Of a stretch of 64,000 nt of DNA, positions 62,898 to 64,000 are shown in pieces. Under the pieces are notes generated by a model that saw only the letters and a program-made list of their open reading frames with translations, was not told where the DNA came from and made no database searches. The translations under genes and the position numbers were made by a program. Location: the NCBI GenBank assembly GCA_965644265.1, contig OZ286462.1:25854001-25918000 (forward strand), in the 5' to 3' direction. The DNA is from Glycera tridactyla (lineage: Eukaryota). Position 1 is the first letter of the stretch; each line of letters starts with the position of its first letter.

Positions 62898-64000
62898 TGG
62901 AGGTGATAACGAGCTCACCATGACGTCACTGATGATATTTGAACGTCGGGATTGGGGCCGCTTTGCGACATTGTATCAGTGCATTTCAGTGTCACTTGAT
63001 TATCCACACCCATATTATTTGGCATTGTGTTTATGTATCAGAACAATGACACTTGAACTCATTGATCAACTCATGACACTACTAGCGCTTGAGCAATCGG
63101 ATCATCATATGTTGAAATCAATCAATATATTGCTGAAATTTCAACATATGTTGAACGATGGACTGAGTTTTTGAATGAAAATACCATATCTTGTAGGATA
63201 TCTAATCATATTCACCAACATCCTTTTGTGGTACTGTCATATCTGTCTATTAAAGCCAGCTTCGGTCTCAAAAAGAGTGGCATTTGTTGGTGGGTGGCCT
63301 TTGTAACGAGGTGGTCTCTCGAGCAGGTCGGACTATATATCTATCTAAATGACCGGACGCTGGAGTTGAGTTGACGGGTGAGACTTTTCAAGAAACCATT
63401 GAAAGAGTGTGGTGGTCCAGTCTGGTCCGGATATTCTCAAAGCTCCTTTTTTAGTCTAGAGTATCAACTTCATGCCTAATTTACCCTCGATGATTGATGC
63501 TCTCGCTTTTCGATACAATGTCACCACATACTTTAATAAATCTAGCCGTAGCTCCAGTAACCCAGAATCGGTGTGCCTCTTACCAACCCACTCTGTGTAT
63601 TGTCACTCTACATCTTGGTAGCCATGGTGTTCACAGGGGGAGATCGATGGCTCAATGTAGCACATTCCTCATCACCTTGATATGAATAACTAGGCCAGTA
63701 TGCCCCAAATTGCCCCAAAGACGCAATAAATGAGGTCATGAGGATCATTTGTTAATAAAAAACCAACCCAATTAGCAATGCAATGACTTAAATGCAAATA
63801 GTGAGAACTTCGTCATGCAGGTAAACACCAAGGACCGAAAATTAATATTGATACCAAAATCAGTCATGTGATGAAAGCAAGACCTCATGGTAGTTGGAAA
63901 TACAATTGTGATTCCTTACACGGAGATTGGAGATTCAACTGCCATGGTTCTGTTCTATAGGTGTGTATGTATGTATGAGTATACACACGCAGACATACAC

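Overview
Animal (probably invertebrate) genomic DNA from a gapped assembly with seven N-runs. It is AT-rich, with long introns and many repeats. The + strand carries the 3' half of a canonical TRP (TRPC) channel gene (6084-25392), from the pore helix to a C-terminal PDZ-type motif (YTQL*). The main finding is two tandem, diverged, same-phase copies of the pore-helix/selectivity-filter/S6 exon (6084-6279 and 7484-7673). They cannot be joined in frame, so they are predicted to be mutually exclusive exons that swap the whole ion pore. The cytoplasmic linker contains short phase-0 exons that the ORF track misses. Two exons of a convergent CA10/CA11-like carbonic anhydrase-related gene lie on the - strand (59755-59909 and 50062-50190). 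Between the genes is an uninterrupted APE+RT LINE ORF of the CR1/L2 group with a 3' stem-loop and GAATT tail. The rest is a TA-flanked Tc1/mariner-type MITE, a foldback element, a ~1.2 kb tandem duplication, several mini- and microsatellites, and a degenerate 21-bp heptad-encoding repeat. All splicing calls come from splice signals, phase and protein homology read by eye; no transcript data or database searches were available.
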